From Hydrurus foetidus (Eukaryota), in NCBI GenBank assembly GCA_900617105.1, contig UYFQ01000143.1:62001-117971 (forward strand): a DNA stretch of 55,971 nt, in the 5' to 3' direction. Numbering within the stretch: position 1 is the first letter of the stretch; each line of letters opens with the position of its first letter. Made by a program: the position numbers and the translations under genes. The notes under the pieces are model-generated. The model was not told the origin of the DNA, made no database searches, and worked only from the letters and a program-made list of their open reading frames with translations. Below, piece after piece: positions 51,859-55,971 of the stretch.

Positions 51859-52390
51859 TTAAGAAACAGATAAGCCAATGATTATGAGAATATCATCCAT
51901 CAAGTTCTTGGAAAGAGAATGCACTCGAACCAGCTTGGATATTTCATTGCTTCTCTGCAGTCCAAACAGCACCTCCATAGCTCTCTGAAAAGACTTCTTT
52001 GCCACTATTTTTTCCTCTTGGATTGTCCCATTGGTTCCGCGAAATTTCTACGCAAATGCAATTAATGTCAGTTGCAGGGTTGTGGTTTGTCACGTGCACG
52101 ATGACCTGCAAGTTCCATCAGCAACCGTAATCTCTTACCTACCGTCACATCCTCGTAAATTTTCTTGACCTGCTCAGCCTCCTGCTATCGAATTTTACCT
52201 GTATTGGCGACACAGGACAAACGTTCATCAACAAGAAAAGAAATCTACGGTGTGATCGGCGGTTACCTTGCCCCTTCAGGTAATCTATCGTTGCAAGTGT
52301 CGATGACATCGGCTGCAATTCGCCGTACGCCACAAAATTCTTTATTTTTACTATGCTTCGGTTGCATGCGAAGCTCAGGTATCATATCTG
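51859..52390 (-). CDS. Possible small spliced second MULE gene or relic, convergent with the transposase
   Basis: Exon ..QEAEQVKKIYEDVT|gtaggt joins in phase to exon 52047-51859 (KFRGTNG...GLSVS*). The 5' exons could not be joined cleanly. Confidence 0.3.
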
Positions 52391-52587
52391 TTTCCTATCT
52401 ATTATAGCATTTCTGAGTTGCCTGCGCATAACTTCGTAAAGACGGTGACACACCGACAAGATGAGATCAGAGATCGAGATGATCAAGAGTAGGGGAGTGG
52501 AGAGATGAGAGTTGAGAGTATAATAATGCATTAATCAAGAACTACAATTTTGGCCTGGCCTTTTGGCCTGGAACGTTGGCCTGGTTG

Positions 52588-52952
52588 TGTCGGAATAACT
52601 AATGAGCTAAGTAACCGTATAAGTTATTACGTATGTACATTTGATGACGTTTCGTACGTCGTGTGCCGTGTGGTGGTCGCTACTCCACCGGTCCAGGTTC
52701 CTTTAACCCAGGAACATCAAAAAGATGAAAGTGCACCATGTTTGACTGTGCGGGACAGCGCGATCTTTTCGCCTGTCTCCATGAACGATGTAAGCGATGT
52801 TGCATCGTTAATTACCTTAATACTCACACCAGCAGAGCTTTCGCCTTGAGCCCGGGAAAGTTGCTAGCGCACGTGTTGAACCTGCAGAAGGAGCGCGTAC
52901 CCAGGAAGGATATAGTCTTCCATTCAGTGGAAACTGATCCTTAGTTACGACA
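52588..52952 (+). repeat. Copia B 5' LTR (365 bp)
   Basis: Starts TGTCGGAATAACTAA exactly where the MULE TIR breaks, and ends TTAGTTACGACA (imperfect inverted ends). Confidence 0.8.
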
Positions 52953-52962
52953 TAATTAACGA
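52953..52962 (+). promoter_or_regulatory. Non-tRNA primer-binding site of Copia B, complementary to LTR 52805-52814
   Basis: TAATTAACGA follows the LTR; TCGTTAATTA lies within the LTR. Confidence 0.7.
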
Positions 52963-52989
52963 GTTGCTTTCGTTGCAACCAGTTGCAAC

Positions 52990-54108
52990 ATGAAAGGCAG
53001 AGGCCGAGGCCGAGAACACAATACCGCAGGCGGTCGAGCAAACCCTGCCAACGGTGGCAGAGGGAATGCTGGCCGCGGTGCGAAGCCTCCACCAAGGACA
53101 GGAACGGTAGCCGCGATCGGCGCATTCCTGGATCTCGGAAGAGAGATGAACCATGGCAGCGTCAGCGCATGGATGAGGAAGTTCCGCGAGTATACTCGCG
53201 CGAACTATAAGTCCGATATCTCTGAGATATTCGGCAACGAGGGCATACCGGGTGATTACCCGCAATATGTCGCTCCAGCGGATATAGCAGCCGATGCAAA
53301 CTTCATGGTAGCGACCAAATGGAAGCGTGCACTGGAGCTGTATGATAAAAACGTCCTGACCTTGAGAGAAGACCGAAAGCAAGTCTTCGGACTCATGCTA
53401 GGTCAGATTAGCGAAGCGTCGAAAGCGACGATTCGAGAAGCTGAAACGGGCCTTGCAGCTATGACTGCAGAGGACCCGCTTCTATTGCTGAGAGCTATAA
53501 TCCTGACTCACCTGAGCGACCCAAGACTAGGGGCCGACCAGAACCTACTGAGAGTGAGAATGGCGTACGAAACGGTTAAGATGGAACCGAACGACGTCCT
53601 AAAATATTATTATCAACGATTCAAAGCCCTTAAGGCAGGATACGAAGATACAATGCGGGCGTTAGGGGTCATGCCCGACTATAACGAGGCCATGACCGCA
53701 CACAACGAGATACTCACGGGAATGAAGTTCATGAATGGACTGAACGCCGGGTACCGCCATTACGTAGAGTACTATGAGCACAGGCTCAAGGACTGGCCGG
53801 ACACGTTAGAGGACGCGTACCTCGAGATGGCGAAGGTCACGCCAAAGAAACCGGCTGGCACTTCCCCACCCAACCAGACCAACGTATTTGCGACAAAAAC
53901 TGCTGGGGGTGAGAAAACGGCTGGCACTGACACTGGTAAAGGGAAGAGCTCTGGGAACGGCGACAGAGGGAAGGGTGGGCGTACGTCGTACGGCACCCGT
54001 CCCGGAAACTGCAATAAGTGCGGTGAAGCCGGACACTACTCCTATGAGTGTACGGCCAAGGATAGCCAAGCGGGTGCATCAGCACCCAGTGGAAAGTCGG
54101 TAAACTAA
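52990..54108 (+). CDS. Copia B Gag
   Basis: 372 aa with zinc knuckle CNKCGEAGHYSYEC. WPDTLEDAY parallels Copia A FPTTLALAF. Confidence 0.88.
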   Translation: MKGRGRGREHNTAGGRANPANGGRGNAGRGAKPPPRTGTVAAIGAFLDLGREMNHGSVSAWMRKFREYTRANYKSDISEIFGNEGIPGDYPQYVAPADIAADANFMVATKWKRALELYDKNVLTLREDRKQVFGLMLGQISEASKATIREAETGLAAMTAEDPLLLLRAIILTHLSDPRLGADQNLLRVRMAYETVKMEPNDVLKYYYQRFKALKAGYEDTMRALGVMPDYNEAMTAHNEILTGMKFMNGLNAGYRHYVEYYEHRLKDWPDTLEDAYLEMAKVTPKKPAGTSPPNQTNVFATKTAGGEKTAGTDTGKGKSSGNGDRGKGGRTSYGTRPGNCNKCGEAGHYSYECTAKDSQAGASAPSGKSVN

Positions 54109-54193
54109 GTAAGATACATTATTCCTCACCTGTACACTCACCTGCACACATCCACACACACACCCTATACATACACTCATCGATCCTCCATGT

Positions 54194-54524
54194 TTGGCTG
54201 ATTCCACTAGCGGAATTGAAACATGTGATCATATTGTTTTTAGTGCCAATACATGCAATATATATAACATGATTAGAAGTAGACACATCCTGCTTGACAC
54301 ATGTGCTGGTGAGTCGGTTTTCAACGACTCATCCCTGCTGTATAATGTTGAACACGCACCCACACCTATGATTGTTAGCGGGGTGAATCCGAAAGGAAAA
54401 CCGCTGATAATCAAGAAACGTGGGGTGTCGGCGTTCGGCAACGTGTACTATAGCCCTGACTGTGCTGGTAACATATTGTCTTTTGGCAATGCTGTACGTG
54501 ACTGTACTGATGTTAAGTACTTAC
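54194..54524 (+). pseudogene. Copia B Pol N-terminus (protease), interrupted by a nested insertion
   Basis: ILLDTCAGESVF...VSGV...NILSF. Similarity to Copia A is lost after DVKY. Confidence 0.8.
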
Positions 54525-55971
54525 TGTCAGTCCAGCATATTCATGCATGATCTGTTAGCATAGTTTCATCTGTAGATTAGCATTCACATGTCACAAGTAG
54601 TGTAGCGCTTCCTCACCCAAAACACCGCCATACACTGTTGTGTACATACGCTCATCGTTCTTCTAGCGATATCCCCCTTCGGGGCCATCACCAAGCATCC
54701 GGTTTTTCACCACCAAGCATCCGGATTCCCACCAGGTATCCGGTTTCCACCAAGCATCCGATTTCATGAGCAGCGAGGGTTCCGCCCATTGCTCAATCGC
54801 CAACTTGAATATTCGCTGAATATGTTTCCACTTCGGCGATCACCATTTCATGCACAATGGATGCTTTGCTCTGCTTCTTTGATGGTTGTCTTCTCTGATA
54901 TCATCGCCAGTTGTTTTACTACTTGATCGTTGTAAGTAAACACGTCTTCCGAGACCACTTCCATCAGCCAGTCTTTCCTTTGCGCTTCCGCAGCCAACAG
55001 GTAGCTCGCTTCACTCCACAGTCTGACTCACATGGTAGCGATTGCATAGAAAGTTCAGCAATCATCGATATAGTATCAATATATCAACGGTATCTCAACA
55101 CAACAGATATCTCAAGTCGGCCATGATGCTACGATCGTCCGACAACACAGACCAAAACAACGAGGAATATCATGACCCAACTGGGCTAGAGACTCCCAGC
55201 CGCGCCCAGCTGCCGCGCATGCTCTCCATGACCCTCGCAGAGTTCGATCAACGTGTCGCCGAGGCCATAAGAGCCCAAACACAAAATTTGGTCACCAGCT
55301 CGACGGCAAATCGTCAAAATCCTTCGACACCAAACCGACCTCGACGAGGCTCCCATGCAGAGGAAGCCACGCCACCGCGCCAAACTTCGGCAGAAGTTTC
55401 AGCACATGGGCTATCATATAATGCCGCTCTGGAATCCGTTTTGGAGCTAAAACGGCTAAAACTCGATCTCGTTCTGACGACCTCTTCAGAAATGGATAGC
55501 ATCAAGCAAAACCAGATCACCACAACGACTGTGGGATCTAACAAGCGCTTCAAAGCTCTTGACAACATGCTCCATGTCGTTGGACTCTACCCAATGGCGA
55601 TGGGCACGCGTCGCGAGCCAATCCCAACGAGACTTAACCCATCAGGATACTCGGAGCCTACAACATCAGAGAATTTGGACGGCACCTTCAATTATGTACC
55701 CGCCGACGATGTTACACGATGGGCCCACGACAAGAAACGTTTATATAACGTCATGTTAAACGCTTTCAGCGAGTCTACCCACTATCTATGTGCCGATTCC
55801 TTTACCTCTCGCGATGGGATCGCTATTTATAAACGTATGCACAAGCACTACTACGGACATACTGAAGCAGACATAAACCGACTTAGGCGACTTCTACAAA
55901 ACTTCAAGGGCTCCACGGCTACTTGTTTTCAAGAGGATTTAGTGAGGTTTACAACGTTAATGACAGAAATT
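54525..55971 (+). mobile_element. LTR element C (probably Copia), 5' portion, nested in Copia B
   Basis: Putative LTR TGTCAG(54525)...CACA(55032) containing four CACCA(A/G)G(C/T)ATCCG-like repeats, followed by a tRNA-type PBS TGGTAGCG at 55033. Confidence 0.7.
55123..55971 (+). CDS. Gag-like ORF of element C, runs off the window (absent from the ORF track)
   Basis: Open from ATG 55123 to the window end. WAHDKKRLYNVM...RDGIAIYKRMHKHYYG resembles Copia-type gag. Confidence 0.7.
   Translation, partial: MMLRSSDNTDQNNEEYHDPTGLETPSRAQLPRMLSMTLAEFDQRVAEAIRAQTQNLVTSSTANRQNPSTPNRPRRGSHAEEATPPRQTSAEVSAHGLSYNAALESVLELKRLKLDLVLTTSSEMDSIKQNQITTTTVGSNKRFKALDNMLHVVGLYPMAMGTRREPIPTRLNPSGYSEPTTSENLDGTFNYVPADDVTRWAHDKKRLYNVMLNAFSESTHYLCADSFTSRDGIAIYKRMHKHYYGHTEADINRLRRLLQNFKGSTATCFQEDLVRFTTLMTEI

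Larger units (their letters stand above)
43873..52587 (+). mobile_element. Mutator-like (MULE) DNA transposon with TIRs; right TIR interrupted by Copia B
   Basis: Perfect 57-bp inverted repeat at 43883-43939 and 52531-52587 encloses the transposase. The outer left boundary is tentative. Confidence 0.85.
52588..54524 (+). mobile_element. Ty1/Copia element B (5' portion), related to Copia A
   Basis: LTR, gag and protease. The protease region FGNVYYS...NILSF parallels Copia A FGTVYYS...NILSF. Interrupted by element C. Confidence 0.85.

Noticed and set aside
52835..52856. GAGCTTTCGCCTTGAGCCCGG as a half-tRNA-type PBS with the LTR ending at 52834
   Set aside because: It is a poor match to the GGTTATGGGCCC type. 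The end at 52952 is better supported by inverted termini and by analogy with Copia A.

Overview
Eukaryotic genomic DNA with spliceosomal introns full of microsatellites. The host is probably a flagellated stramenopile/ochrophyte (inference from BBS7, CoDi-like Copia elements and a presequence-bearing PGAM). Layout: (1) 1-5880, the 3' part of a chromodomain-bearing Ty3/Gypsy element with a chimeric RT duplication; (2) 6363-12234, a foldback MITE interrupted by an intact Ty1/Copia element (A); (3) 12412-43019, host genes: DHX57-like DEAH helicase, PCO/ADO-like cupin, VOC/glyoxalase-family protein, PGAM-EF-hand fusion and BBS7; (4) 43378-55971, a (TTAGGA)n tract, then a Mutator-like element with 57-bp TIRs, a zf-CW-containing transposase and a ~100-copy 43-bp array. 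Its right TIR is hit by Copia B, which is itself hit by LTR element C. Most notable: Copia A and B lack a tRNA primer-binding site. The 10 nt right after each 5' LTR are instead perfectly complementary to a 10-mer inside their own LTR, with compensatory differences between the two elements. This is a Tf1-like self-priming signature in a Copia lineage. All calls come from reading the sequence by eye; no searches were run.
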